Source: Botryllus schlosseri
Taxonomy: Eukaryota
Length of the DNA stretch: 64,000 nt
Reading direction: 5' to 3'
NCBI GenBank assembly: GCA_051294905.1
Contig: CM119371.1
Coordinates: forward strand, 15,006,001-15,070,000
Shown: one piece after another, positions 1 to 12,289 of the stretch
Numbering within the stretch: the stretch's first letter is position 1
Layout of the letters: each line of letters opens with the position of its first letter
Program-made: the position numbers and the translations under genes
Notes under the pieces: generated by a model
The model's input: the letters and a program-made list of their open reading frames with translations, nothing else
The model's database searches: none
Told to the model about the DNA's origin: nothing

Positions 1-133
1 AAAGTAATGATCAACTATTACAAATCTCATATGTCAAATCAATGTGTCAATCTTATGTTCACAGCATGATAACTTTGAATATAACACCATTGTTCGATTG
101 TAAGAAATGAATTCTCAACCACGTTGGTCGGAC

Positions 134-1200
134 TTTCAAATCTCGTATACTCAAACATATTATGTTAATCTCAAGTCGCCGACACTGAGAAGTAATTACT
201 TTTGTCTTACAAAATATACCGAGTAGTAATTAGTTTGTCTTGCAGAATATACCGCGTAGTAATTCCTCTATCTTACAGAATAGTAACGACTTTTCAAGCT
301 GAATAAAAAAAGATGTGTAGGGATATGAATACAACCAAGCTTGTTATGGATTTTAGGTTTTAGTGATTGTATGGATTCGTGTATGTTTGGCTGTTTTTCA
401 TACTGATACCGTTTGAGTTGGTTGGGTAAGTTACAAACGGATTTACTTGACAATGTTTTCGTGGTTGACTCTTTGAGTATGGTAAGATGGTGAGATGTCG
501 AGACGTAATACTATTTCCGTACACTCAATTACAACAAAACATAACCCGCATTCAAATAAGCCGTAAGCTACAAGTGGATTTAAAACTTGATGCTGTTTTG
601 TGGTTGACTCAAGTCAGTAGTCATGTTTGTGTTGATTTCGGGAATGATCATGACGAGTTGGTCGGGTAAATTAGGTAATGTGGTTGTAACTATAACCGTA
701 AAGAGATGCTGACATCCCAATATCTTTTACGCTGTCGTATATGGATTCAATTGTGATAATTTAATTCACGCTGTCGTATATGGATTCAATTGTGATAATT
801 TAATTCTCAGTTATTGTTCTGACACTCAAATCTCGTATACTCAAAATATAATATGACCAAGTCAAATCGTATATGCACCGATTAGTAAATACTCTGTCTT
901 ACAGAATAGTATAACGACCTTTACAGTTGGATAAAAATTATCGGTCCTATGAATACAACCAGATGAATTAATTCAAGTTTGCGAGTTGTACTGATATAGC
1001 CAAGTAAGTGAAAACTAGATTTTAAACACTTGTTAATGTTGTGAATAATTCTTTTGAGTATGGTAAGATGTTAAAATGTCTCTTTGACAAACGGAAAGCT
1101 GGATCGGGAATAGAGTTGTAATGTTACATTACTTGTTTCAAATCAATGTGTGTATAATATCGAAACGGGACTGTGGGGAAGTTGCTAGTCATGTTTGTCA
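134..1200 (+). repeat. Degenerate ~690-bp direct duplication with internal ~33-bp sub-repeats
   Basis: Shared anchors in the same order: TCAAATCTCGTATACTCAAA (~137/~826), CTTACAGAATAGTA (272/898), TATGAATACAACC (324/948), TTTGAGTATGGTAAGATG (~472/~1053), TAGTCATGTTTGT (618/1186). TGTCTTRCARAATATACCG recurs at ~203 and ~236. Confidence 0.75.
729..806 (+). repeat. Perfect 39-bp tandem duplication
   Basis: ACGCTGTCGTATATGGATTCAATTGTGATAATTTAATTC at 729-767 and 768-806. Confidence 0.95.
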
Positions 1201-1249
1201 ATCCTATTTCAATGCACACTACGCCAAAGTCAAAATAATCGGTTTCGGA

Positions 1250-2165
1250 TTAGGATTTTACAATTATTTCACACCTTTTTGAATAAGCGTCAACTTCACA
1301 GAGGATTAGGGTTGGGTCAGAAATAAGTGAAAATTTGTCGGTATTCGAATCACCGGCTACGCCGGTTCTATGGTAAACTAATTACTAAAGTAACACCTTG
1401 CGACTGATTACTAGATTTAGCAAACTATTTCGCACTTCAGCGCGCAGGTCATTCGAAATATAGGGCGCGCGCGTAATCCTCACAACAAGCCGTGTTCGCA
1501 AAACGGATGTAGTTAGTGGGTCGCACATATCAAAACGCAAGCGCAAACATCTGTTTTTCAAAATCACACAATGTACTGCGGTTTAGTGAATTTCTCGTCG
1601 GAAATAAGTGACAATTTGTTGCTATTCAAGTTACCCACACTGATGGTTCTGATAGTCGGTATTTATTAAATCTTACCAGTGAAATCTAGTTCTGTGACAA
1701 ACTGATTACTAAAATTTCACCGCGTGAGCGATCGGTATGGCTATGACACCAAGTCGCGAAAGATGGGTATGTCCGAGACATTATCTTGTCAGTGATCGCG
1801 GGGTTTTGCAAACTATTTCACACCTTTTTGAATAAGCGTTAACTTCACAAAGGATTACGGCTAGAATAGAAATAAGTGACAATTTGTTGGTATTCAAGTC
1901 TCGCCGGTGATGTATCTGTTATTCGGCACTTATTACACTTATCATGAAATTAGAGTGAGAACATAAAGCGTCAAGTTGTTGTTTTCGAATTTTGATGTCG
2001 AGGTGATAAATTTACGCATTCAATTACAATTCAACTTCGGTTGTGTATTGAGTGATAGATCGATTTGCCGGAAGTGGTATCTTGTGAGCGATCGTAGGAT
2101 TTTACAAATATTTCACATCTTTTGGAAGTGTTAGTTTGCGAACGCGGTTATTGTTGATATTCGAA
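1250..2165 (+). repeat. Degenerate dispersed direct repeats
   Basis: TATTTCACACCTTTTTGAATAAGCGT at ~1265 and ~1814 (weaker ~2109); GAAATAAGTGAMAATTTGT at ~1320, ~1601, ~1869. Confidence 0.7.
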
Positions 2166-2456
2166 TCGCCGTCTGTCGCATGCACTGCGTAAATCCTCTT
2201 GCAAGCCACGTTTCCGTTTGCGCGGTTATTGTTGGTGACTATTCAACACCACGCGAGAGATGGTTGAAAGTACGAATCACGACCGCACCCATAAGAACAC
2301 ATGGCGAATCATCACAGTTCCCGTAAGAATACATGGCGAATCGCCGCCACCGCCTATAGCAAAGAAGGTGAGTCACGACCCCGAGTTTTCACGATATACA
2401 CATTAACAAAGATTCATTCACATGACTATTTACTTGATACATATTCAACACCGATC

Positions 2457-2610
2457 GAGAGATGCCTATACTCGAAAGTACGACATGCCGCCACGAGTTT
2501 CCGCGCGATGTGCGAGAGATGCCTATATCTAAAAGTGCGATATGCCACCACGAGTTTTCCATGCGATGTGTGAGAGATGCCTATACCGAAAAGTGCGACA
2601 TGCCACCCCA
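2457..2610 (+). repeat. Three tandem ~57-58-bp subterminal repeats
   Basis: GAGAGATGCCTATA...AAAGTRCGAYATGCC units start at 2457, 2514 and 2572. Confidence 0.9.
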
Positions 2611-3486
2611 CCCATAAGAACCAATGGCGATGTGCGACCGAGAGGGGGGTCTAAAAGCGCGATATGCCACCCCGGGTTTCCAGGCGATATGCCACCCCCG
2701 CCATAAGCGCCCCATAGCCGTTCGCGATCGATCGTATATACTACTCCCACGTCGCCGTCTACAAGCATTTAGGCGCAAACATTATCGAGCATGAACATTA
2801 GCAAGACAAAGCGACGTTCCAATACTTCTAATGTTCACCGCATTGACGTAGCCAGGGGCGAATGGGACCATGACATTCCTAAATTTTTAGAGATTATCCG
2901 TAATATTTATAAATAAATAGTGGAGTATTTTCGGGCACATGGATTCCAACTAAAAAAATTTCGCGATTTATTGTCTCTGAGTACGTGTCTTGATTATGAG
3001 AGTGCAGTATCATAGATACACAAGAATAGCCCGAGGGCGTTGGGTTGCAGGAGTTTTCAACAAAGTAATTATGAAGAATGAACCCGCCCTAAGTGAACAA
3101 TCTGCGATAAGCTCATGAATGTATAATTGTATATTGTATATTCTTATGCCATGATCAATGTTCAAAATTATAATTATTCGTGCTGTAAATTTTCGAAGAA
3201 ACCGCTTACTCATATACACTCACCAATATCATTGATCAAATTAATTCATTTATGCGCAAAATTTTCGCGCTTCGTGCGACAAATATACTCTGAATATTGA
3301 TCACATTCATATCACCGATTTGGTCTCGCCCGTGACGCGGTCGCCCAATTCAGATATAGTTTGCAACTTCAGGAATGCGTGCGTCTCTGAATTGTATGTA
3401 CAGAAGGTAGTACAATGTAGGATGGACGGATCTGTGGCGCGTTCCCACGGGGGAGTTCCCTAAACTAATAAAAAAAAATTCAGGAA

Positions 3487-3551
3487 TCCGGCCCGCCTCA
3501 TGTTCATGTTCCTCTATCCGGCCCGCCGGATGAAGAAGTTGCCCGCCCCTG
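3487..3551 (+). mobile_element. Right end of hAT MITE family A
   Basis: Ends GAAGTTGCCCGCCCCTG, matching the right end of the full copy 28641-29508. Confidence 0.75.
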
Positions 3552-3552
3552 A

Positions 3553-4012
3553 TATAGACTATATTCGAAATCAATTTCATTAAAAAGGTTTGGTTGAGGT
3601 AAGAACATAGAGAACAGAAATAGACATTTCTTTATTTTATTACTGTACTACTAATTTACGAAAACGTAATCTGTACGTTTCGATCACTGCGTTTGCGTTC
3701 AATTTATTTGTGAGAGAATAATAAAGGCTCAGTGAAACGCACGATCATTGAATTATTGGTCGCTCTCTCTGGTTACACCAGCGTTTCACGAACAATCCGA
3801 ACATATTCAAGATTCAGTGATTTTTATCGACACCGATTACTTGATGACTTGAAATTGACTCGTGAATTTTGCTCCGAGTCACGAGTCAATCCATATTTCT
3901 GATACGCCGAGTCAAGTCAAGTCAAGTCAAGTCATTTTAGCAAAGGGACTCGAGCCAAGTCAAGTCATACGAAAAAGGTGACTCGAGTCTGACTCGAGTC
4001 ATCCCAACACTG
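3553..4012 (+). mobile_element. 5'-truncated copy of hAT MITE family B (GAGTCAAGTCA subterminal repeats)
   Basis: Collinear with ~16056-16527; ends CATCCCAACACTG. Confidence 0.85.
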
Positions 4013-4348
4013 CTGGACTGAGAAAGGATAAATCTGCAACTGCTGGCAATTTTCGCGCATTGAAATCGAGTCCTAGTAAAACTATTCATAACATGACCAC
4101 CCGCGATTTCGGTGCTTCGGTGCGGTCGTGATTGGCTAAAAAGTTGGCCAAAGGTCACCCTCGAGCTATAATTTGTGATTACCATATAGTGCCGTATCGT
4201 ATTGACCCCATCTCTTCCCGTTTAGGAAAAGCAATTGAGTTCTGCTGTAAATCGCTGTTACGATAACGTAAAAACTAATGTTGTGTTTACCACCAAACAA
4301 TTGCTTCGTGCAACGCGCAAAGACGTTCTTCCTGCTTATCAACTAAGC

Positions 4349-5569
4349 CAGTGGTTCTCAACCGGTGTGCCGCGGCACACTAGTGTGCCATTTACGTCTC
4401 GCAAGTGTGCCGCGAGCGATTTCTTCGGGATTTTGAAATTAGGCGCAAAATATTTCTAGTCTATAGGAAACGATCAATAACCCAAATTGAGCTTGATGTG
4501 AAGCTTGTACATTTGACAAATCAAAATTGATATTATGCCCGCAATCAATATCCCCCTCGAATTCGCTTTACCGGGCAGATCGCGTGCCTTGAAGGCTGAA
4601 TTCAGTTTTGCACAATACTTTGATTGATCGAACGCAGAGAAGGAAGAGCAGACGTAGCGGCGCCTGTACGACAATGCCGTTTTCTAATCCTCATTGTCTC
4701 CTCAATCACCAGCGAGTAATGAACTCCTTTGAATTGACGTTCGCGTTTACAAATTCGAATTACGAACACGGCAATCCACATTGTGATTGTTAGGTATCGT
4801 CCCGGCACTTCCGTTAAAATGTAGGCTTGTAGCACAACGTTCTATTACTGTTAACGAATATGAGTATTGATAAGTAAGGTTGATCGAATTATATCAGTTA
4901 ACAAACATCTTCCTTCGTCGCGGAGGTTATAATCTTGGTTTGTTGGAACTATAATTGAACTGCGGGTGTCAGCCAGTAGAACTATTGAGGTATGGCTATC
5001 CTCACGCGTGCTACACGATCTGCGTGAAGATGCATTGTATAGACTGGTATAGCCAACGCCTCCGTATTCGTTAGCGGCGATCGTGTTTGACCTCCTCGAC
5101 CCAATCCGACAGTGGGCAGATTTATTGTCAAACAAATCTTATAAAATCGTGTCGAGGGCAGCTCGAAATTTCTGTGAAGTCGTATATCAAAATGACCCCT
5201 TTTACTTTCGTCTGAATGCGCCCTGTTTGTCGTATTCACGAAGGAACGATATTCTGGCCCGAGGAAAACGACGACTTTCTATCACCGCTTAGTAAGCTAT
5301 ATGAGGGACGCTTTACGTAGAATAGTTTACTTTCAGAATTATTAAAATGGAGAAGTTTATTTAAAAAAGGAAGTATGGAAACATTTTGGATTGACTGCAG
5401 AGGTGGTCACTGGTCACATTAGTCGGCGTTACTACTGGGCGCTAATGAATATTCTGGTAGTTTGCAGGTGCCGTAAGCCAAAAAAGTTCAGAACCACTGT
5501 TATGGTGTGCCGCAAACTATTTTTCATTTCCAAAGGGTGCCGCGAGGTCAAAAAGGTTGAGAAACACTG
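4349..5569 (+). mobile_element. hAT (Buster/Charlie-type) MITE
   Basis: TIR CAGTGGTTCTCAACC / GGTTGAGAAACACTG; 8-bp TSD AACTAAGC (4341-4348, 5570-5577). Confidence 0.92.
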
Positions 5570-6056
5570 AACTAAGCAATATAGTCTATGATTTCAAGTG
5601 CCACTGTGATTGTCGGTACGTGGGAGGAACAACTCAGCGCTTGCAGGAACGCATCAAACAACATGCTTCGAGTGTTATTAGATCGCGCACATAGGACTCT
5701 CGCGAAGATGCAGCCGTAACTGATCTGCGATTACTAGAACGTAATCAGGCCATGGCTATGAACTCTGCCATCGGCAAGCATTTGGCTGAGAATGCTACTT
5801 GCGCTAACAACTATCGCGATGAAAGATTCTCTATATTAGGTAGAGGCCGCACTAATTTCCATCTGTCTGCACTGGAATCGACTTATATTAAAATCCACCG
5901 ACCGCGCTTGTGTCAGCATAAGGAATTTTTAGTCAATCTAAAAATTGGCCACTTGCTGCGCTCGCGGTTTGCCTGTATTTCATGTTGTTTGTTTCTATGA
6001 CGTCATAATTGGTTGTATGCAATGTAGCTAGATGCATGTTTTTAAATTCTCCATTT

Positions 6057-6101
6057 GCTGACGCTTGCCCTTGAAGAGTGTCAGCTCGAAAAGCTTCGGG
6101 T
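6057..6101 (+). ncRNA. Minimal type I hammerhead ribozyme-like motif at the Penelope 3' end
   Basis: Stem I GCCC(6067-70)/GGGT(6098-101); core TTGAAGA (CUGANGA with C3>U); 1-bp stem II G..C; GAAA 6088-91; palindromic AGCT loop III; UC cleavage site 6096-97. Loop II GTCAGC is complementary to upstream GCTGAC. Confidence 0.6.
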
Positions 6102-6486
6102 TTTAATATAATTCTCCCATGAATATTAGGAACTTTCCATGCCACGTTCCAACAGAACCATAATCATTATCACGACGATGTCATTGTTAAAGATTAGTGC
6201 TCATGTTAATATCGTATATTTTGCTATGCGCGCTTTGGATTGTGATTGACCCTAATTTCCTTTCAAATATAAGCCAGGAACACGCTGCGGGCGGCATTAA
6301 TGCTAATCAATACCATCATATGAGAATAGAGACGGATCTTCAGCGTTATTTCCGTAAATCCGATAAGCGCGCCGCCGAATGGGAACAGAGGTCTCTCGTA
6401 TCCACATATCCTATGACGCAAGTTCCACTGATCTGAAGCAATCCACAATACGCTTGGTCGCTCGATTCGGATAGAACACTTATGAG

Positions 6487-7354
6487 TAGGGCGGTTTTTT
6501 TTTGACATGTCAAAATTTGTCAAAATTTTGTCAAAATTGTAGCGTTAGGTCAAAATTTATCAAAATTTTTCATAAAGTCAAAAGTTTTTTGCCGTCTGCA
6601 TTTCGTTCGTATCGTAGATTTTGCACTGTCGGTGAACTTATCATTTGATATTTTACAGCTTGTAGCCTATTTTATAGGCCTACGGATGTAAACGGCTAAT
6701 TGTCTGCTCATTGTGAATCATAAACGGTCAAATAAAACAAGTGGGTAAACATGGTGTTGGTCAACGTACCGCAATATCCTAACTGAAGAAAGACTTCTTG
6801 CGCATCGCATCATTTTTATATTAAGAAGCGCTTGATGAAAAATTGTGATGTAGACAACATTGTCAGAATGAAGCAACACGGTGTGTCACCAGCAGTGTAC
6901 GCACAACTTGAGTGTTGTCAGCCAACAACTGCTGCCGTTGAACGTCCTTGGCAAACTTCTTAGTAAGGACATGCACTTTTTACCCAAGAATGAAGGAAAG
7001 TATCTCTCGTTGTACTACGAATTTTTTAAATTTTTTTCACCATAATACATATTGTAACCACTAGAATTCTTCATAGGGCCAGATTTCGGTAAAATATTGT
7101 TTTTTCCGTGTAAAATGTTGCATGTTTCTAAGCCAAAAACGTTTTTTCATGCCAAACTACTTCGTTAGGACAGTCAGTTCCAACCAGAAATGAAGATAAG
7201 TGGTATAATTTTAACATTATGTGGGAAAACACCTAATTTGCATACGTTAAGTCAAAATTTGGTCAAAATTCATTTTGTTTAGGTCAAAAAAAGTCAAAAT
7301 TTAAATTTTTTAGGTCAAAATTTTGCTTTTTTTAGGTCAAAAAACACCGCCCTA
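6487..7354 (+). mobile_element. Internally deleted hAT element with a C-terminal transposase remnant
   Basis: TIR TAGGGCGGT / ACCGCCCTA; TSD CTTATGAG (6479-6486, 7355-7362); GTCAAAA subterminal arrays; ~6815-7015 reads YIKKRLMKNCDVDNIVRMK...AQLECCQPTTAAVER (hAT dimerisation-like). Confidence 0.88.
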
Positions 7355-9414
7355 CTTATGAGATATAACCCCGTCACAACTATCTTATAATCTGATTTTA
7401 AAGTGATCGATCGCGAAAACCTCTCGCGTTACAGTGGTCTCCAGAATTGTTTATCCGTTTGATGCATGGCGGGGATAGTCATTTCATGTATATCCAATGA
7501 GCCGTAACAGTATACGTCTATATAACAACAAGTAATCTATAACATTGCATTTGGAATAGACCTACAATTTTATCGTAAATACTGCAGCGAAAAAACCGTC
7601 GTGCTAATATAGTGGCTCGCGACCTGGGGTAGCACCCTTACCATTGGGGGACGTGAAAAAATAGAGGGGACTTTGGAGAAAGGTTACATTCGTGAACTTG
7701 GATTGAGTTTGGTTTGTTCTGAAACTTCGAAGTCTTCAACAAGGACAATATTCCAAATTATATTTTAATTTTCAAAGTCTTCTTGCGTTGTACTATCCGT
7801 ATACACATGGGTGCGAGATTTTGACTCACTACAGGAATTGGACCGACCCAAAGATATATCGGAGTTGATAAGTATTGAATACCTGGAAAACGCGATTTCA
7901 ATATCGCATTTGTGACATGACTGTGTTTTTTTTTCTCTTTTCATTTCTACCGGAGGGATATTTAGGCTAGCCCACTTCCTTTTTTTACACGTTGAACTTC
8001 GAAAAGAAGAAAGTAGAAGTAGGTTCGGTTGAGTTTACATCCCTTTTATCAGTGAAATCGTAAGGATCGCGTACAATAGCACTCTCTATAAATGAATAAT
8101 AATCCGGAAATTCTGTAGTGCCGTTGGTCGTTTTGCGTTGGTTGTGGAGAAACATCTTGCACTTGCATATTGATATATTGAAGTACGATTGACTCATAAA
8201 AGTATACACGACCATACGACAAATCTCACTGTTGGTAGTAGTTACTTCATATTTTTAGGCCTTCATTTTCTATTTTCACTTGAAGTAGTTTCGATGTATC
8301 ATAGAAATAGCTTCATCCCATTGTGGTTTAGTAGAAAATGACTACGACTTCTATACTCAAGTAACAACGCTAACTTCGTTGATCACCTCTAATAACAAGG
8401 TTAGGGTTTGGGAAAGCAGTAATTTCAGAAGTATGGTTGGCTTGAATGTTTGTTCTCGGGTTATACAGATTCTCAATAGCCTATTCCTAGAGTATCGCCT
8501 GCTTAACTGTCATTGTTGTGTTGCAATTGTCAGGCAACAAATCAATGCATATTTGGAAATATTGCACTCATTCTAACTCAAGTGGGTTCTGATGTCGCAG
8601 GAAATTTTACTAGCTAGCGTTCGTATGTTGCCTCACGCTATCAGATATCGGTACTTCCGCAACATCTATCATTTTAACTTTCAGTCAATACGTGGAGAAT
8701 ACCGTTCACCGATTTTCCAACACTTCGCTTTGCGCCCGGAGTTTCCTTTACCTCGTAGCTGGTCTTTACTATCCGGCGAATCACTTTGATTTAAAGAATG
8801 CAAACTCCATTTTATGACATTTATTCGTCTTGCTATACATAGTCATGGTTTTGTATCTGGAATGTGTCAATCCAGTTGGGTAGCAAACCCTATAATCGCT
8901 TGGGAGGTTTTGTTGTTGGCCAGATGTTATTGACATTGAATTGTTATGTACTTTCAATGTCGAAACCTATGAAACCAATATAAATGTACTTGCGGACTAT
9001 ATATTTACTTTATACTGTACAGTTTGATGATAAGTTGCTGCAATCGGGTTCGTGAATATTTGTGACAGTGACTGTCGCCTTGTTTATAAAATCCGTCTAG
9101 AACGCCTTATCGCAAGTATTGCCAAACTCAACAAAATGCCCCGACCGTCCGACAACAGTGCTCCCGAAGGTAATAACGTAAAAAAGTACACTCAGTTTAT
9201 TGATATAAGCGTGTCAGGAAACAAGGCTAGAAGTCACTCAAAAATATCAGGATCCCTATATTCAAGACCCAGGGAGCACACAGTACGTTTAAATCGCACG
9301 ACGGTATGTACCGCTCGATGTGAATAAAACGGAAACGAAATGCAATTTAATATTATACTGCTACGCGTTGAAGTCTTCAACAGAAAAAGTGATGCAAGCA
9401 TAGGACTTACATCA

Positions 9415-11037
9415 TCATTTGCATTGTCTGATTTTCTTGCCATACGACGCGCGTCACACGCCCATGTCGCCAGAACCACGCCGGGTACGTTGCAACTCTG
9501 TCGCAGGGATTTCCAGCTTACAGTAATCAATGGTTTCGATATCTGTTCCCAACGAGCCTTCAAAAATGTAGACCTTGTCGGCTAGGTGGGTCGTGACGTT
9601 ACGACATTGCATTCTACAACCGTCCAAAATCTGTCATTCTCTTGTACATGAGTTGAGGAATTCAACACCGCCCCAGCGACCTCCCATTGCGTACAAAAAT
9701 TCTTTATTACTGATAGCAGCTCCGTGCGCTCTACCCGTGACCATGGAAGCGAATGAAGAATACTGCTTTCTAGCGAATATCAATTTTACAACAGTCTTTC
9801 TCTCTGAATATCCATTCAGTAATTCCAATCCTCCGAGCACAAACACCGACTTTTTTGAGCAGGTAACGAAAAAACCAGTTGTGAGCGGCGTCGGTGGCTG
9901 TTTCACTTCGTGAACATCGCCAGAACAAATTTCCACCATAATTGTGTAACGTACGGTGACCATAATCACCCATTCGTCATTGGAGTTAAGTTTGCAGTAA
10001 TGCGGTGTATAGTGAGTGGCGTTGTCGTCACGTTTGTTGTGCAATAAATTCCAAATCGTCCCGTTGAACGAGTACAAACAGGCTCCGTCGCCTACGTACA
10101 GCATGCCGTTGTACTCTACAGCCGAACAATTACCGCCTATTGTAGGTGGCATTTCACTCATCACTGCCCATAGTTTGGTACTTAAATCATATTGATAAAC
10201 CCGCTTTGCAGATGAGTTAATGAACACGATAGAAGTCAGTGGTTTGATTTTCCCGCACGTGACAGGGCAGCTTGGAGATTGGCCCGAAAAATACTTTCGA
10301 ATATATTGAAGACTTTTAATCGAGTCTTCAATTAATGTATCCGCACAAATGTTCTCTTCAACAAATTCTTTCTCAAGACATTGCAGATTGACCTTCAGGA
10401 AGATGTCTTGGAACCGAACCTTCCTTTTTGCAAGGTCGGCATTGGTCCATATCGATATTCCCTCCCACTTGAGCATTTCCAATGCTTGAGACCCACCCTG
10501 TATTATTTCGTAACAGTATTCGACGGCATTGTAGTCGAGAATTTTGAATTGGTCGGATCTTATGACCTGTTCAAAATTTGCTTCAAGAAAGTTCTTGACG
10601 GGCGTGCGCAAAGCATTTATCTCATAGAGACAAGATAGAGAGACGATTTCGGCAATATCTGTCACGTCAATATTTTCTGTCAGTAATTCAACGCAGAGCT
10701 TCGTTAAATCCGGCAGCTGAAACATTTCCGCGGCATCAACCAGGCCTCCCGCTAACTCCATTGAGATGTCCACGGATCCGACGTAGATAAAGTCAACGCA
10801 TTGCTTCACAATTTCGGGGAGCATTGCCGAAAAGTCTATAATTCCTGTGTTGGCTTCGTATGTATCATTCATTAGCATCACGCTGAAATATTCCGTCGCA
10901 GCGTCCAACACGCATTTATGTGCCATGACCCGGAAGTCTCCGCATTTGATTGTGACGTCGCAGAACCTCCCATTCACCTTCAATTTCGACAAAAGTTTAC
11001 TGCAGTGATTCTTGGAGGTTTTGCGCGTGATCTCCAT
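9415..11037 (-). pseudogene. BTB-BACK-Kelch (KLHL-like) paralogue 1; 467-aa ORF truncated by TGA, ancestral frame continues to 9415
   Basis: BTB (FCDVTIKCG..AHKCVLDAATEYF), BACK and kelch blades (VFVLGG, LYAMGG). Past TGA 9634-36 the frame reads QILDGCRMQCRNVTTHLADKVYIFEG...GDMGV*RASYGKKIRQCK*, matching paralogue 3. Second TGA at 9454-56. Confidence 0.85.
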
Positions 11038-11361
11038 GTTCTATTGTTTAATTTTCTATTCGTATACCACACTGCATCGTAAGAATATTAAAAGAGAAAC
11101 GTTATCTTTACTTACATATAAATTGACATAGTTTTCTATGTCGAAAATGTTGTTAAAATCATGTAAGACAACAAACCCGAAGACCGGCACGTCTGCACTC
11201 TGTCGTTTACCGAGTAAGCTCCATCTGTAATCTTGTTGCTTATATTTTCCGAGTACACGACCACGCTGCATTGTAAGCTGCCTATATATGCTCCATTGTA
11301 AATCAAATACGAGTCTCCTTGAATAAAGTACGCATAACACTAATGTCCAGCAATAAAACAA

Positions 11362-11876
11362 TAGGGCTGGGCAAAACCGAGTACCTGAGTGATTCGATTC
11401 TGAATCACGTAAAACGCTTCGAGTCGAGTCGAGTATTCGAGTATCGCTCATTATGACGTCACAACAGAATATAATATGTCAAAGTTTAAAAATGTACCTT
11501 TTATCCCACCACAAAGAATATAATGCCTGTTATCCGTCACATTAAAGATACTTTGGTATTTTTTCGACCATACCGATTTCATTGCTCTTGTTGACAATGT
11601 TGTGTGATGATGATGACTTTTAAAATGTGTTATTTCCAGTAACATTCGTAGCTTTGTACTATGTCTCGTAGGCTGCGACACGGCCAATCAAGGTTTCAAG
11701 GCTTCCTCAGTGGAAAATGGTATGAAAACTATAATTCTCGATAGTAAATTAACTTTTAGGTGTGAGGAGCGCATAATTTCAGTACTCGAAAAACTCATTT
11801 TTTACTACTCGACTCGAATCATTACAATTAATACTCGATTCAGATTCGAGTACTCGAATCATTGCGCCCAGCCCTA
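11362..11876 (+). mobile_element. hAT (Ac-type) MITE family C
   Basis: TIR TAGGGCTGGGC / GCCCAGCCCTA; TSD TAAAACAA; inverted sister copy at 36089-36610. Confidence 0.92.
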
Positions 11877-12289
11877 TAAAACAACTGACGAAATCGTCAA
11901 TGCCGAATTCTTAATACAACCAATTACAGCCTATTATTACATGACCCGTCTAAATATATAATCCTAACTGAAACAATACCGCGACCGAGAATAATACATG
12001 TAAAGTTATGCTCCATTCAACTCGAAAATGAACCACGCATTGGGCAGATTGAAAGCGCCTATTCGTGCATCAAAAGTGAGAAGCACTAGCGCATAGCGTA
12101 TTCGGTGAAGAGTGGAATTCTGCGGAAATGCCTTCTTCTAATATACAATTTATTATCGTTACTGCACTGTAAGAATATTGACAGACTGACGTGGATGCTA
12201 TTTTGATATTATGAATACATACATTGTGAAATATTATGATAGAAACATATAGTTTTCATTAGCTTCTACTGTTGAAAATCACACCCTAG

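Larger units (their letters stand above)
1..2745. mobile_element. Probable terminal region (TIR plus subterminal repeats) of a Polinton/Maverick element; rest lies left of the window
   Basis: GC-rich block 2280-2745 with repeated GATATGCCAC / CCCATAAGAA motifs ends in ...ATACTACT at 2745 (minus strand begins AGTAGTATATACG), like the AG / (AGT)n termini of Polintons. No pPolB, integrase or second TIR in the window, so the call is an inference. Confidence 0.5.
4205..6150 (+). pseudogene. Penelope-like retroelement 3' relic: GIY-YIG endonuclease interrupted by a MITE
   Basis: Removing 4349-5569 and one TSD joins ...RKDVLPAYQLS|NIVYDFKCHCDCRYVGGTTQRLQERIKQH...SAIGKHL...FSILGRGR...LSALESTYIKIHRPRLC in one frame; one TAG at 5692. 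Typical PLE GIY-YIG motifs. Confidence 0.85.

Noticed and set aside
8400..8800. Possible Tc1/mariner N-terminal relic on the minus strand (GNSGRK, RTLASKI)
   Set aside because: Motifs too short, and no TIR, TA duplication or DDE region found
9454..9456. Selenocysteine recoding of the TGA aligned to Cys
   Set aside because: An upstream TGA aligned to Trp would stop translation first, the adjacent Cys is also mutated, and no SECIS was recognised
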